The position numbers and the translations under genes are program-made. A DNA stretch of 248,000 bases from Andalucia godoyi And28 (Eukaryota; Protista; Jakobida): positions 20,001-268,000 of the forward strand of contig VRVR01000022.1 in NCBI GenBank assembly GCA_009859145.1. Direction: 5' to 3'. The notes below the pieces were generated by a model. The model saw only the letters and a program-made list of their open reading frames with translations, did not search any database and was not told the origin of the DNA. How positions within the stretch are numbered: the stretch's first letter is position 1; each line of letters begins with the position of its first letter. Shown here piece by piece: positions 21,656 to 33,331 of the stretch.

Positions 21656-23935
21656 ATGGGGAAGTCCGCGGTGAAGGTGTGCATTCGGACGCGTCCAACG
21701 ACGAATTTTGCGCAGGACCAGCTGCTGATTGATCCATCTGCAGACTCGATTACGGTGGATTTCCGTCGACGGCAAGCTGGAGGGATTCTTCAGAACCAGC
21801 AGGATGTGTTTCCGTTCCGATTCGACTCTGTGCTGCACAATTCTTCCCAGGAAGCTGTGTATGACTCTGTTGCGTCAGAGATTGTGCAGAGTGTTCTTGA
21901 TGGATACAATGGGACGATCATGTGCTACGGACAGACTGGTGCTGGAAAGACGTTTACGATGATTGGAGGGTCATCGAACTTCAAGTATCGTGGCTTGGTG
22001 CCAAGGTCGCTGGCGCATGTGTACCGGGAAATTGCAGCGCACCCGGAGCAGGCTGTGACAGTGCGGATTTCGTATTTGGAGATTTACAATGACCAGATGT
22101 TTGATCTGCTGAATCCGCAGAACGAAGGGAAGTTGGAGATCCAGGAAGATGGATTGAACACGAGCGTGAAGGGCCTTATGCTGCCAGCTGCGCCGAGCGA
22201 AGAAGACGCATTGGCGCTGCTGTTTGAAGGAGAAACAAATCGAACGATTGCCGAGCATTCCCTCAACGCGCGGTCGACTCGCTCGCATTGCATCTTTACT
22301 GTGCACATAGAATCGAGATCGAGGGTTGAGAGCAATGGAAAGGTGACGTACTCAAAGCTCAACTTGGTGGACCTGGCTGGATCGGAACGCGTAGGAAAGA
22401 CGCACTCCACCGGGACGACTCTGAAGGAAGCCAATTTCATCAACCGATCACTCTCGTTCTTGGAGCAGGTGGTCATTGCACTGGGAACACCGTCTAGGGA
22501 ACACATTCCGTATCGACAGACGAGACTGACCAATGTGCTGAAGGACTCGCTGGGCGGAAACTGCAAGACGCTGCTCATTGCCAACATCTGGGCGGAACCT
22601 CAGTGTTTGGACGAGACGATTTCAACACTCAAGTTTGCAACAAGAATGATGCGCGTCCAAAACGAACCGGTGCAGAACGTGAGCATGGATGCGCAGGCAC
22701 AGGTGAAGGTTCTGGAAAGGCAGGTGCGTGATCTGAGGCAAGAACTGGCGATGATCAAGCAACTCTCTGGACAGTCGTCGAACACCGCGAGCTATGAGCC
22801 ACTTGGAGACTCGGACAAGCACGAATTGCAAAGTCGAGTCTTGTCGTTTGTCAAAGGAGAAGGCGCAGAGGATGCAATCATGGACAAGGTAGAGTCGTTC
22901 TACAGATTCCGTGAAGTTCTTGGGATGTTCCGCGAGGCGTTCCGTGCCATTCAGGCGCAGAATCGCTCGCTTTCATCCAGCATGGGCGGTGGCATGGTTG
23001 GCCCCGGCGTCGGGGCTCTGGGACGAGAGAATTCTGCCGGCAGTGCAAAAGGCGGCCGCAATCAAGGTCCGGGAGTTGGAGAAGTCGATGCACAAGGATC
23101 GCTGGCTGCCACAGGCGTCGGTGCGCCCGCCGCGGAGTTTCTCACACGTCGCAAGACAGACCTGTCCGCTTCGCAGAATCTTGGGTCGCAATCTCCCACC
23201 AGCCAACCACAGCATCAACAAAGGGATGCGTCTGCCGAACAAACTGAAGCATCTTCGAGGCCCGAAAAGAAGGTTGCTTTCGAGGACTACAAGAACAAGG
23301 AAGGGGCCGAGATTGCGCTGCAGCTCCGAGAAGGCCTGGCTCAGCTCAAGGACAAGAAGCGTGCAAGCAAAGACATTGCGCTTCGGGTCAACGAATGTGT
23401 CAAGGAGATCGATAGGCTGAAGAAACAGTTGGGTGCACGTCAGGTTGCAAAGGGCGGCTCGTTCAACGACCAGGATGACAATGGGACGTCCAAGGATATT
23501 ATTTTGGATGAAGAAGAGTTTGCATTGTTCCGTGATCTGAAGAATCAAAAGAGGCAGTACAAGGAGGCATTCGGATCTCTGCGGGAGACCAAGTCCGAAG
23601 TCGAGTATCTCGAGCGCATGACGGATCAGGCCCGCCAGCAACTCATAGTGAACTTTGAAGAATGGTATCTCAAGACGTTTGGTGGAGACGGCGAGGCAGC
23701 AGAGCAGGAGCAGGATGATGACATGATGGTTGGAATGGTCACCTCCGGGAAGACACGACGAATGAACTCTACCGCTACCGAAGACGTCATGGATGAGGCG
23801 GAGAAGTTTGAGCAGCTGGAAATGGACCGCATCTTGTCGGAAGATCCAGAGTCCGCTGCGTTCTACGGCGCAAAGAAGAAGTTTGCACTACACTCCTCTA
23901 AATCCAGACCGAGTGTTCAGAAACGAAAAGTGTAA
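21656..23935 (+). CDS. KIF9: Kinesin-9 (KLP1/KIF9-like)
   Basis: VKVCIRTRPTTNFAQD, YGQTGAGKT, STRSHCIF, LVDLAGSER. Confidence 0.85.
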   Translation: MGKSAVKVCIRTRPTTNFAQDQLLIDPSADSITVDFRRRQAGGILQNQQDVFPFRFDSVLHNSSQEAVYDSVASEIVQSVLDGYNGTIMCYGQTGAGKTFTMIGGSSNFKYRGLVPRSLAHVYREIAAHPEQAVTVRISYLEIYNDQMFDLLNPQNEGKLEIQEDGLNTSVKGLMLPAAPSEEDALALLFEGETNRTIAEHSLNARSTRSHCIFTVHIESRSRVESNGKVTYSKLNLVDLAGSERVGKTHSTGTTLKEANFINRSLSFLEQVVIALGTPSREHIPYRQTRLTNVLKDSLGGNCKTLLIANIWAEPQCLDETISTLKFATRMMRVQNEPVQNVSMDAQAQVKVLERQVRDLRQELAMIKQLSGQSSNTASYEPLGDSDKHELQSRVLSFVKGEGAEDAIMDKVESFYRFREVLGMFREAFRAIQAQNRSLSSSMGGGMVGPGVGALGRENSAGSAKGGRNQGPGVGEVDAQGSLAATGVGAPAAEFLTRRKTDLSASQNLGSQSPTSQPQHQQRDASAEQTEASSRPEKKVAFEDYKNKEGAEIALQLREGLAQLKDKKRASKDIALRVNECVKEIDRLKKQLGARQVAKGGSFNDQDDNGTSKDIILDEEEFALFRDLKNQKRQYKEAFGSLRETKSEVEYLERMTDQARQQLIVNFEEWYLKTFGGDGEAAEQEQDDDMMVGMVTSGKTRRMNSTATEDVMDEAEKFEQLEMDRILSEDPESAAFYGAKKKFALHSSKSRPSVQKRKV

Positions 23936-24085
23936 GTAGGAATGAAATGCTACCGTTAGGGAGAGGGAGAGAAAGAACCGCATATTCTGTTATTAATTTA
24001 CAAATGGTGTGTTCATTCGGATGTTCAGCAAAACAACACAAAAAAGTTAAACAAAGAAGACGAAGAGGAAAGAAGGAAAATTTGA

Positions 24086-26056
24086 TCACCACCGGTACTT
24101 GGGCTTTGGGGGAGAAACACTCACTGCGAGCATCTCTCGATCGTCGTCATCAACATTCTGCCCATTGCCGAAAACGTCTCCGTCGTCGTCATCTTCACCA
24201 TTGGGCTCGTCCGCATCATCGCCAATCGAATCATCCGATTCGCTCATGGACCCAGATCCAGACCCAGATCCACTCATGGTACGCTCAAGAGACTGCGACA
24301 GCATTTCCATAGAAAACGAGCCGGCTTGCATGTCGGATGATCCTCCAGAAGACGGAGAGGCGCCTGGAAACCGACTTGCCGACAGAGAATTGCTGGTGGA
24401 CGATATTCGGCCATTCCAGAACCGGAAAAACGGCTTGACAACCGCGGCCGAATTCGGGAGTGTCAAGGGATCAAAGGGAAAGAACTGATCCAAATGGGAG
24501 AACTCATATGCTTGGTTCATCGACGTGGACACCTTGGAAAACACAAACTGCGAGACGGGCGACTTTCCGAGTTCTCCAATGGATGCCGCCGACGCTACAT
24601 CCGCGTAGCTGATCACCGGCTTGTGTTGTGTTTGCAGCGCAAATATGCGATTCCTGGAAAGAATGTCGTCGCATTGAATGATGGATCTGCAAAACTCCGT
24701 ACGAACCGATGGCAGCAAGACAAGCAGTGGATTAAGGTTCGTTCGACACACAAAGTCCAAAATGTCGTTCAGCTGTCGATTCGAACGAACAATGTTTGGC
24801 ATGAATACCACTGCATAGAACAAGGCCTGCGTCACAGCATAAAAGACGCTGTGTTGCAAGACGTTGGGGCTGGATGGTCGGCACGAGTCATCCCATCTCC
24901 TGACATAGTTTGTCATCCAGTTCACCATTGCCTCGATGGCCTGATGAACTTTGTCCACTTGCAAAAAGCTGGCACGAGCCAGAAAAGAGCCGAGGTATGC
25001 AGCAATGAGAATTCGAACGCGTGGGACTTCCTGTTCATTAAAGAGTTTGTTAAGAAGAAAGGATAAGAATACACTACAGTTTTGCTCAAACATGCCGCAA
25101 AACGCAAAAAGGATAAACTGAACGCACTTTGTGTGTGTGGATTTCAGAACTAGCTCTTGAAACGCGCACAGAAAACACTCAAATACCGTCGACTTTGCTT
25201 CATCTTCGGGCAAGTTTGCATAGAAATCGGTGCACAGTTTCATGAGCATATCGAGTTTCTCCTCGGTGTGCTCCACCTCGGACGAACGTGTACCGTCATG
25301 TCCCTGCGCGGAGACATTCGACGACTCGATCGGCATATGTGACTCGTCCGCATCCATCTCGCCAGACTGCTCCGCCAGCTCCGACAATTCCGACCGATCC
25401 GAGTTCCCAAGCTCAGAGTCCAACCGCAACATGTAATCAAACACCAGAAACAACAAGCTTTTTCGAATCGACGATATCCTATACGACATTACAAACACCG
25501 CGTGCATGAACACGTGGATTCGGAACAGCGACGACGTGCTTCGATACGGAAGCAACGACTCCACAATCTTTGGAATCATCGAAACCGATGTCGGCACTGC
25601 CTCTATCACCGCAATCATTGTGTCCACAGACTGTTGTGCGACATGAAACGCCCACTGCTCTCTTTCCGCTCTCTCTGCGCCTGCTGTCTCGTCCGGAATC
25701 TCATTCGGGATCATGGACTTCACGAGGTTCGCCATCACCTTCTGCACCAGCTTCGGATACACCCCAAGCAGCGCAAGCAACAATGCGTGAAAATGCGGCC
25801 ACGAAGCCGGGTTCAAAGACTGGAATTCAAGCTTCAAAATCACATCCAAAAAATCTGCATGGCTCTTTTCGTCCAGATATGTGCAGCAGTGCGAGAGCGC
25901 CTGGAGCCACCGCTCATGATACGCCGTCTCTGGATTCCGCACTGTATCCAGCATCTCTTGATATTCGTGCTTTTTTCGGCTATGCAGCACTTGGATGATG
26001 TACTGCTTCACCTTCTCCAGCGGAGACGAAGAGTCCTTTCCAGAAGTACCGGCCAT
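24086..26056 (-). CDS. RRN3: RNA polymerase I initiation factor RRN3
   Basis: AAYLGSFLARA, HSVFYAVTQALFY, LNPLLV..SV..EF, FFPFDP. Confidence 0.85.
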   Translation of the reverse strand: MAGTSGKDSSSPLEKVKQYIIQVLHSRKKHEYQEMLDTVRNPETAYHERWLQALSHCCTYLDEKSHADFLDVILKLEFQSLNPASWPHFHALLLALLGVYPKLVQKVMANLVKSMIPNEIPDETAGAERAEREQWAFHVAQQSVDTMIAVIEAVPTSVSMIPKIVESLLPYRSTSSLFRIHVFMHAVFVMSYRISSIRKSLLFLVFDYMLRLDSELGNSDRSELSELAEQSGEMDADESHMPIESSNVSAQGHDGTRSSEVEHTEEKLDMLMKLCTDFYANLPEDEAKSTVFECFLCAFQELVLKSTHTKCVQFILFAFCGMFEQNCSVFLSFLLNKLFNEQEVPRVRILIAAYLGSFLARASFLQVDKVHQAIEAMVNWMTNYVRRWDDSCRPSSPNVLQHSVFYAVTQALFYAVVFMPNIVRSNRQLNDILDFVCRTNLNPLLVLLPSVRTEFCRSIIQCDDILSRNRIFALQTQHKPVISYADVASAASIGELGKSPVSQFVFSKVSTSMNQAYEFSHLDQFFPFDPLTLPNSAAVVKPFFRFWNGRISSTSNSLSASRFPGASPSSGGSSDMQAGSFSMEMLSQSLERTMSGSGSGSGSMSESDDSIGDDADEPNGEDDDDGDVFGNGQNVDDDDREMLAVSVSPPKPKYRW

Positions 26057-26435
26057 CGCGCTTGAATATATAAAGTATGTATATGTATGTATATACACAA
26101 AACCCAGGAACAAAGGAACACGGCTCGTGGAGAGAGCAGGAGGGAAAAAGAAATTATAATATACAGTTATATACTTACCTTTCTTTTCTTTTTCTTCTTC
26201 TTTTTCTTCTTCTTCTTCCTCTTCCTCTTCCTCTTCCTCTTCCTCTTCCTCTTCCTCTTCCTCTTCTTCTTTCCTGACTGATTATTACTTATCAATGAAA
26301 TACAGAATTCGAACAAATAGATGTACAAAACAGAAAAGGAGCGTATTTGATGCAGTTTATATATGGCATTCATGTTTTGATGTTTTGCTTCGATTGGCGA
26401 AAAGAGCGAACTCAACCCGATGTACAGCCGCTATT

Positions 26436-28610
26436 TTACAGAACAAGTCGATCGACGCCGAGAACAAGCTGGGAGCCTTGGGCCTGGGGGGCGACATGGC
26501 CGACAGCTTGCTCGTCATAGTACCGTCGTTTTGCCTCCAGCAGGGACTCGAGTCTCCCGAGCCACTGCATCTGCATTCTGTTCGGCTCCAGATTCTCCTT
26601 GATGTATCGCTGGCGCTCCTGCAGCTCCCTGGACTGCTGCTGAAGCTGCTGCGCTTGGGCCATGAGCATCTCTTCGTACGTGCTGTGCTCGGAATTGAGG
26701 TTGGACGACCCGTGCGACGACTTGTACTCAAGCTCCTTCCGCGCACGATCTTCCCACGCCTTCACCATCGCCGTCTGGCTCTGCAACAGATGGAAGAGGG
26801 ACTCCTGCTGGCGATAGTCCTCGGTCAGCGCAAGCACATCCTGCTCCGCCATAAGCTTCTCCGTTTCGGCTCCAGCGATCGCGGCTTCAAAGTCCCGCTT
26901 CTTGTCCGAATGCTTGGTTTGCAGCTCGCGATGCTCATCGCGCAACGCTTGCAATTCCTTGATTTGCGGTTGAAGCTGCTGCTTCTTGTTTCGAATCTGT
27001 GCATTGATTTCCTCTACGACGCGAGAGATCTCCTCCAGCGTCTGGCCTTTGCTTTCGTCCAGCGTAGCCTTTTGCGCAGAAACACGATCCAAATCCTCGC
27101 GGACATGCTGGAACCCCTGCACTCCTTTCTTGGACGCCACTTCGTCGAGATACTCGTTCAGCTTGGTGTCACGCGACTTCAAAATATCGACGGTTCGAGA
27201 CAAGACTCCATTTTCCGTTTGGAAAACACCCAACTCGGCCTTCTTCTTCTTGTAGATTGCAGATTTGTTGCGCATCTGAGCAACATACGCATGGATGTCT
27301 TCTTCCTTGGGCGCAGACGACTGTTTGGGCGAAGCGACGGCCTTGGGTGACGCAGCAGCGTGACTTCCAGAGGAGCGCTTCGACGGCGTTCCTCGGCTCT
27401 GGTTCTCCGCCTGCTGAACCTGCTCTCTCATTCTCGCCGCCTCGCTTTCGAGTTCTGTTCGCTTCTTTTGCACCAACGTCAGCTGCTGTCGGAACATCTC
27501 CACTCGCTTGATCTCCTCCTCCGACATGTCTTTCCGCTCATTCTGCTTCGCAGCATTCGACGCCACAATAGACACCGACCCCGAACTTCTTTGCTCAAGC
27601 ACGTTCACACGGTCTTTCAATCTCCTGACATCCGACTCCAGCTTTCGCGGGTCCGTCTGGTCACGCTCAATTCGAGAGAGTGATTCAAAGCGTTCTTGCA
27701 TCTGCTGCAGTTGAAGTGGCAGTCTTTCCATCAGCAGCGAAGATCGCTGGTGGTTCTCTGCCTGCATCTTCGCCAGCACGGCATCGATATCCTCCTCCTC
27801 CGACGATCCGTGAGAGCTCGCTCTTGATTTCAGCTGTGCGGTTGCATCCTCCAAATCTGCTTCTGCCTGCAGCAGCAATCGCTGCTGCTCGCGATACGAA
27901 ATTCCCAATCGTGCGTATTCGTCATACGCTTTTCGCAGAGACTGTGCTCTGTCCACAAGCGACGAGGCACCTTCCAAATCCTCAATCTTTGACTTTAATC
28001 GCGCAACCTTGTTTTCAAGCTGCTCCTTCTCCTGCTCGAGCCCACTGATCTTCGCCCGGAGTTCCGCCGGCGAAACCTTTGTCGACCTATTTTTATCGAC
28101 GACCTTGTGCACAGCCTTGAACTCCTCCTGCAGCGCATGCAGCTTGTTGTTCTCGTCGTCGATTGCGGGGTCCATTAAAAACTCCTCGGGCATGTCCACA
28201 GGCATCAAAAACCTCGCAAGATACACTCGTTTTCTCAAATCCGGCAGCTTCTGCAGAAGCCACAGCATCAAAGGGTACAACACGTTGCGGTCTGCCTTGG
28301 AAAGCGCCTGTGAGAGAACACCCGGGTCCTGAAACTCCTTGTAATTCATAAACCGAATGAGATAATCTGTTGTTCTTCCAGCATATTCCTCGAGCGTGAT
28401 CGAAGCGGACGCCCCGGGACTGAATGGAAATGCAGGAAGCGCCGAGTCAATCACTTGCAAAATAGAATGGAAAAGCCCAAGCAGCTCAATCGGGCTCTTT
28501 TCGTCGAGCTGGAACAATGACAGATCAAGCGACAAGTGGTCCTTCAGCAGCGAAATCACTCCCTGCACAGTCGACGCCGTATACGCCGATGTATATGCTG
28601 ATCCATACAT
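26436..28610 (-). CDS. IFT81: Intraflagellar transport protein 81
   Basis: YLARFLMPVDMPEEF, ELQAFQTE-like FQTENGVLSRT..ILKSR, C-terminal VDRLVL. Confidence 0.9.
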   Translation of the reverse strand: MYGSAYTSAYTASTVQGVISLLKDHLSLDLSLFQLDEKSPIELLGLFHSILQVIDSALPAFPFSPGASASITLEEYAGRTTDYLIRFMNYKEFQDPGVLSQALSKADRNVLYPLMLWLLQKLPDLRKRVYLARFLMPVDMPEEFLMDPAIDDENNKLHALQEEFKAVHKVVDKNRSTKVSPAELRAKISGLEQEKEQLENKVARLKSKIEDLEGASSLVDRAQSLRKAYDEYARLGISYREQQRLLLQAEADLEDATAQLKSRASSHGSSEEEDIDAVLAKMQAENHQRSSLLMERLPLQLQQMQERFESLSRIERDQTDPRKLESDVRRLKDRVNVLEQRSSGSVSIVASNAAKQNERKDMSEEEIKRVEMFRQQLTLVQKKRTELESEAARMREQVQQAENQSRGTPSKRSSGSHAAASPKAVASPKQSSAPKEEDIHAYVAQMRNKSAIYKKKKAELGVFQTENGVLSRTVDILKSRDTKLNEYLDEVASKKGVQGFQHVREDLDRVSAQKATLDESKGQTLEEISRVVEEINAQIRNKKQQLQPQIKELQALRDEHRELQTKHSDKKRDFEAAIAGAETEKLMAEQDVLALTEDYRQQESLFHLLQSQTAMVKAWEDRARKELEYKSSHGSSNLNSEHSTYEEMLMAQAQQLQQQSRELQERQRYIKENLEPNRMQMQWLGRLESLLEAKRRYYDEQAVGHVAPQAQGSQLVLGVDRLVL

Positions 28611-28942
28611 GGCGCCTCCTTTTCAAAAACTCTCCTCTCCCAACTAATAATTACGCAATTACTTTTTATCAACTACAAAATTATAATTACAATTATAATT
28701 AATAATTAATAATTGAAACAAATGAAACACATGTGCACTAAACGAATAGAGCATTCGGCTTCCAAGAATGGCTCATTCGGGAGAACAATAACAGTCAAAC
28801 CTGAAGACAGCCCTAGGCAGAAAACAGACCTTAGGGTTTCAGCTGTACACTCTCCCACCACCAATGAAAAAACGTGCACTACAGATTCTGTGCTCCAGTT
28901 TCTGGTGTCTTTGTTGTTGTTGTTGCTGTCTTTTGGATGCTA

Positions 28943-28983
<41 letters not shown>

Positions 28984-29060
28984 GGAAATTCGATTTGGGT
29001 GACGACTGCACATTTGATATAGAGACAGGACAGAAGAGTTGAAATCATATAGGGAAAAGA

Positions 29061-29336
29061 ATGGTGAGTAAGTGCGCGATTTGCTATACGTTAATGTCCG
29101 TTTGGGCGATCATAATGCTGGTGATTCTTGCGTCCTTGATGCTGAACCACTCCGTTATCTTCCATGACGTAGACGACCTTGAGAAGAAGGCGGAAGGATG
29201 CTTCCTTGCTGCCCTGTATTATGCCATCACGCTTGTTGTCTCTGGAACCTGCTGGATGGTGTCTGCGCGTCGCGAGAAGCAGAGAGAGGCGTTGGAAGCG
29301 CGAAAAATGCAGTATTCGCAAGGGAGGCAATCGTAA
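29061..29336 (+). CDS. RNASEK: RNase kappa / V-ATPase subunit f-like
   Basis: C..L SVWAIIML..L two-helix membrane protein, CFLAALYY. Confidence 0.7.
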   Translation: MVSKCAICYTLMSVWAIIMLVILASLMLNHSVIFHDVDDLEKKAEGCFLAALYYAITLVVSGTCWMVSARREKQREALEARKMQYSQGRQS

Positions 29337-29418
29337 ATTGTCTATTCTTTCCTCTTCCGTCACCTCCCGCGGCTTCAGCTCTTCTTTTGCATCGACTCAT
29401 ACCCCACTTGCTCAAAGT

Positions 29419-29763
29419 ATGCGTCGTAATCCTCGTAGTACCGGTAGTGGGTACTCTCGCGTTCGGACTGAGGAGCCCCATGACGATCTCGACGGCGCGA
29501 GCGAAGATGGAGATGATGTGGCGCTGCCCTATCCTAGCGATCGAGTTGTCGGAGCGGTTCGGACAGGCCGCCGTCGCATCCGAGTCCAGAGCAGCGAGGA
29601 TGGCGAAGGAGGAAGTGCGGATAGGTGGGCAGGAGATCAGGCGGAGCAACGGGAGCAAGAGAAGGAAGAGGAAGAGGAAGAGGAAGTACTGACGAGTGGT
29701 TCTGCGTGGCTTGTAACGGCGGTAATTGGAACTCTTGCGTGTGTCTTGTTATTATTCTTGTAG
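29419..29763 (+). CDS. Small tail-anchored hypothetical protein
   Basis: Acidic 114-aa ORF with C-terminal hydrophobic segment. Confidence 0.5.
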   Translation: MRRNPRSTGSGYSRVRTEEPHDDLDGASEDGDDVALPYPSDRVVGAVRTGRRRIRVQSSEDGEGGSADRWAGDQAEQREQEKEEEEEEEVLTSGSAWLVTAVIGTLACVLLLFL

Positions 29764-30201
29764 ATTTGTAATTCTCTGTTTGGTGGGGTTTATTAAAGGC
29801 AAATAAAAGCTCCTGAAGTTCCGTGGATGCCGCTCGCCAAAACATAAATCATTATTGATCATCGGGGCTAAGCTGTCACCGAAGACAGATCCAAGCCAAA
29901 CCAGCACATTCCCCAAGCGATTCAAACATTCAAAAATGAACGCTGAAGGAAACAGAATGTGGTCTCGTGGTTTGATGATCATCAGCCAGCTTGCTCACCA
30001 AGAAACAAAATAGAAATCGTAACTTTCGTACGTCTTCCGAGTTTTTCCGCGGTAGATGATAATGCTGCAGAATATCGTGCGCTATCACGTGATCACTGAC
30101 CATTTTTTGTTTTGTTTTTCGATCCATGTTGTAGTATTGTGAGGGAGGTGCATTGTAGTGACTGGTTTACTTCTGAGTGGGCGAGTGAGTGGGTGGAGGC
30201 A

Positions 30202-31392
30202 ATGAGTGATCGAAGTGGGAGTGCGGTGACGTTTGAACAGCTTGGACTGAGTGATAATCTTCTTCGTGGAATTTACGCAAGTGGATTTACAGCACCGTCC
30301 GCGATTCAGATCAAGTCTCTTCCTCCGCTGCTGATTCAAAAGCGCCACGTCGTAGCGCAGGCTCCTTCAGGAACGGGAAAATCGACCATGATCGCAATGG
30401 CTGCGCTGCAGTGCACAACGCTTTCAGAGCTTCTTCCGCAGGTCGTGGTTCTTTCGCCGACCCGTGAACTGGCATCGCAGACAGTGAACGTCGCGAACGA
30501 TATGGGCGTTCACATGACTGGGCTCAAAACGATGACGTGTGTTGGGGGAACATTGCTGGGAAACGATCTTAAACAGCTTGACTCGGGCGTGCATATCGTG
30601 TCTGGGACGCCGGGACGTGTGCTGGACGTGCTGAAGCGAGGTGCTTTGAATCCGCGAAAGGTGAAGATGTGGGTCCTCGACGAGGCCGATGAGCTGCTCA
30701 AACTTGGCTTCCGAGAAGCAATCTCGGATATCTTTCGATACCTGTCCTCGGCAACTGCGAAATCGACGAAATCGGGCGCTGGACTGCAGTGTTTTGTGAT
30801 CAGCGCAACGATTTCAAAAGAGGTCCTCGAGCTTGTGCAGCCGTTCTTCTATGAACAAGAACCTGTGAAGATCCTGGTTCGGAAAGACCAGATTAGTCTG
30901 GAAGGAATTCGGCAGTTCTATGTGGATGTCGAAAAGGAAGAATGGAAGTTTGAAACGCTCTGTGATCTGTATGATTCACTCGTGATTACGCAAGCCGTCA
31001 TCTTCTGCAACAACAAGTCTACCGTCGACTCGCTCTCAAAGAAGATGACGCAGTCCGGCTTCACAGTGGCGGCAATTCACGGAGATCTGGATCAAACGCA
31101 GCGAAACAAGGTCATGGACGACTTTCGAAAGGGGGAAGCACGAGTCCTCATAGCCACGGACCTGTGGTCAAGAGGTCTCGATGTCTCGCAGATCTCGCTT
31201 GTTATCAACTACGATGTTCCACGGAGCAGGGATGTGTACTTGCACAGAATTGGTCGTTCAGGTCGGTATGGCAGGCGCGGAGTGGCAATCAACCTTGTTA
31301 CTGCCGACGACCGATCCATCATCCGTGAACTGGAGGACTGGTACAAGGTCCGCATCACACAGATGCCTCGGGATCTCGACATTATGAATTAA
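30202..31392 (+). CDS. EIF4A3: eIF4A-III-like DEAD-box helicase
   Basis: Q motif, AQAPSGTGKS, PTRELA, DEAD, SAT, EEWKFETLCDLYD..TQAVIFCN, HRIGRSGRYGR. Confidence 0.8.
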   Translation: MSDRSGSAVTFEQLGLSDNLLRGIYASGFTAPSAIQIKSLPPLLIQKRHVVAQAPSGTGKSTMIAMAALQCTTLSELLPQVVVLSPTRELASQTVNVANDMGVHMTGLKTMTCVGGTLLGNDLKQLDSGVHIVSGTPGRVLDVLKRGALNPRKVKMWVLDEADELLKLGFREAISDIFRYLSSATAKSTKSGAGLQCFVISATISKEVLELVQPFFYEQEPVKILVRKDQISLEGIRQFYVDVEKEEWKFETLCDLYDSLVITQAVIFCNNKSTVDSLSKKMTQSGFTVAAIHGDLDQTQRNKVMDDFRKGEARVLIATDLWSRGLDVSQISLVINYDVPRSRDVYLHRIGRSGRYGRRGVAINLVTADDRSIIRELEDWYKVRITQMPRDLDIMN

Positions 31393-31567
31393 TGGATCCC
31401 AAGAGGCTTGTGTTTCTTTCTTTGTTTTTCCTTCCTTCTTCTTTTTCATTTTTATATAAGCTGTACATTCCTTCGATTTGCCGCGGAAATAAACACCCCA
31501 CGCCCCGCACTCATCTGAACCTTCTTCCGGTGGGATGCTTCATGACGTTCACACGTCATTGCACATT

Positions 31568-33331
31568 CTATCGCATTTGCATACGGACGGCCCACCGCAA
31601 ATCATCTCGGCGTTTCTCAGTCGGCACGTCGTACCCCTCCAACACTCGTTCTCGCTTGATCACTCCACGTTCGCGGTCCCGCTCTCGCTGCTGCGAAACT
31701 TTGCGCTCTTCGGCATCCTTGACCTGCTGCGCCATGCGAACTCGCACCGCCCAGCGAGTATCCTTCTGCCCGTTGTTCGCCAAAAATGAGTCTCGCTTCC
31801 AGATGGACTGCATCCTTTGATACCGGGAAACCGGGTCTGCCTTTCTCCGTAACGTCGTTGTCGCGTTCGCCACAGATGAAATGTTGGATCGGGCAGAAAG
31901 CGGTCGTCGAGCAGACAGCGGCGTGGCACCGGCACCAGCACCAGCACCAGCACCAAGACCTGTGCTCGCACTACCACACGGAGAAACAGCCGCCAATCGT
32001 CCGGCATTCCCATAGGAAGACGCTGGTCGCACTGGAATCTTGCTTCCAAGATGCGTGGCTGTTCTTCGAGGAGTGCTGGACGGCTCTGCATACTGCCGCA
32101 TTGTTGCAGAGAGAGGTCGGCTTTTTGCCATGGGTGTGCTTGCGGTGACAGTCTTTGCAGATGCTGGTCTCGTCTTCTGCGAGCCAGCCTTTTTCTGCGG
32201 ATGAACTGCAGAAGAGCGAGTTTGCTGGAATGTCGAACCTCCACCACCCCTCGCACGATCTTCCTTGTCCTCCTCAGCAACATCTTCCTCATCCGAATAC
32301 CCCCGGATGGTACGACGCATGCGATCAAACACGCTTTCCCTCTTCCAATAGGACGACTCATTATCATGCTCATTCTCGTTTCCCGCATCTTCGTACACCT
32401 TGTACCGTTCCAGATCTTCATCGTCCTCAGAAGCTCCTCGCTGGTGCTCGTGCTGGTGCTCGTGCTGGTGCTGGTGCTGGTGCTGAATTCGATCGCTCGC
32501 GCCATATGGCCTCATACGATTCTGCTGACTGGAAAATCTCTCATCCAGTCTTGGCGCATCCTCGTCGTCTCCGTTATCGTTGCTGTCGTTTTCAGAACCG
32601 GAAGACTCGGACAGTGACAACTGTGTCGTATCCTCGGCATCTCCATCATCCGCTCCAGAACGCCGAAACCCTTCCACAGTCTTTGATTGCGGCATTCGAT
32701 CCCCAGAGCCCTGATAGCCGCTTCTCTGCCGATGCACCTGCTCCTCAGCCTCTTCTTCATCATCGTCATCATCATCGTCAGATTCTCCCGATCGACGACT
32801 GCGTCGAGATTCATTCATGCCAAACTCGGCATACGCTGCAGAAAGTCTCTTCCGAATATACTCGTCATCGGACAGGTCATCCGATCCATACCCTTCTTCC
32901 TCTCCATCATGTTCACGCCGCGGCTGCACTCGGTGCTTCTTCGCTTCCTGCTCTTGATGAACAGCGTGTCGGCTACTTCTACCACCACTGACGACAGCAG
33001 GGCGATGCTTCTTGTCACTCGACAAAGGATGCTCAACATTCAAATCAAGTCGGCGAGGAAGATGCTTCTTTGGCGGACTGGACGCCGGTCTCGTGTCTAC
33101 TCTCTCCTCATCAATATCTTCTTCCTCTTCATCGTCTGCATCGTCAGTGCCGCCGCCGCTGCTGTCCATTTCTTCCAGAATTGATCGCTTTCCAAGATGC
33201 GCCATCGACGACTTTGACGAATTGGAAAGGATCATCGAATGCTCAGCGAGAAACTCGTTCCAAACGGACTCAGGAAGCTGGATCCCAAGCCGCTCAAGCT
33301 CTGCCTGGACTTCGGATACTGAAATCGACAT
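31568..33331 (-). CDS. HYLS1: HYLS1-domain centriolar protein
   Basis: KADPVSRYQRMQSIW, RWAVRVRM, YDVPTEKRRDDLRWAVRMQM. Confidence 0.8.
   Translation of the reverse strand: MSISVSEVQAELERLGIQLPESVWNEFLAEHSMILSNSSKSSMAHLGKRSILEEMDSSGGGTDDADDEEEEDIDEERVDTRPASSPPKKHLPRRLDLNVEHPLSSDKKHRPAVVSGGRSSRHAVHQEQEAKKHRVQPRREHDGEEEGYGSDDLSDDEYIRKRLSAAYAEFGMNESRRSRRSGESDDDDDDDEEEAEEQVHRQRSGYQGSGDRMPQSKTVEGFRRSGADDGDAEDTTQLSLSESSGSENDSNDNGDDEDAPRLDERFSSQQNRMRPYGASDRIQHQHQHQHEHQHEHQRGASEDDEDLERYKVYEDAGNENEHDNESSYWKRESVFDRMRRTIRGYSDEEDVAEEDKEDRARGGGGSTFQQTRSSAVHPQKKAGSQKTRPASAKTVTASTPMAKSRPLSATMRQYAEPSSTPRRTATHLGSKIPVRPASSYGNAGRLAAVSPCGSASTGLGAGAGAGAGATPLSARRPLSARSNISSVANATTTLRRKADPVSRYQRMQSIWKRDSFLANNGQKDTRWAVRVRMAQQVKDAEERKVSQQRERDRERGVIKRERVLEGYDVPTEKRRDDLRWAVRMQMR

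Noticed and set aside
26171-26180. ATACTTACCT resembling the U1 snRNA 5' end
   Set aside because: Followed by a pyrimidine microsatellite with no U1 stems.
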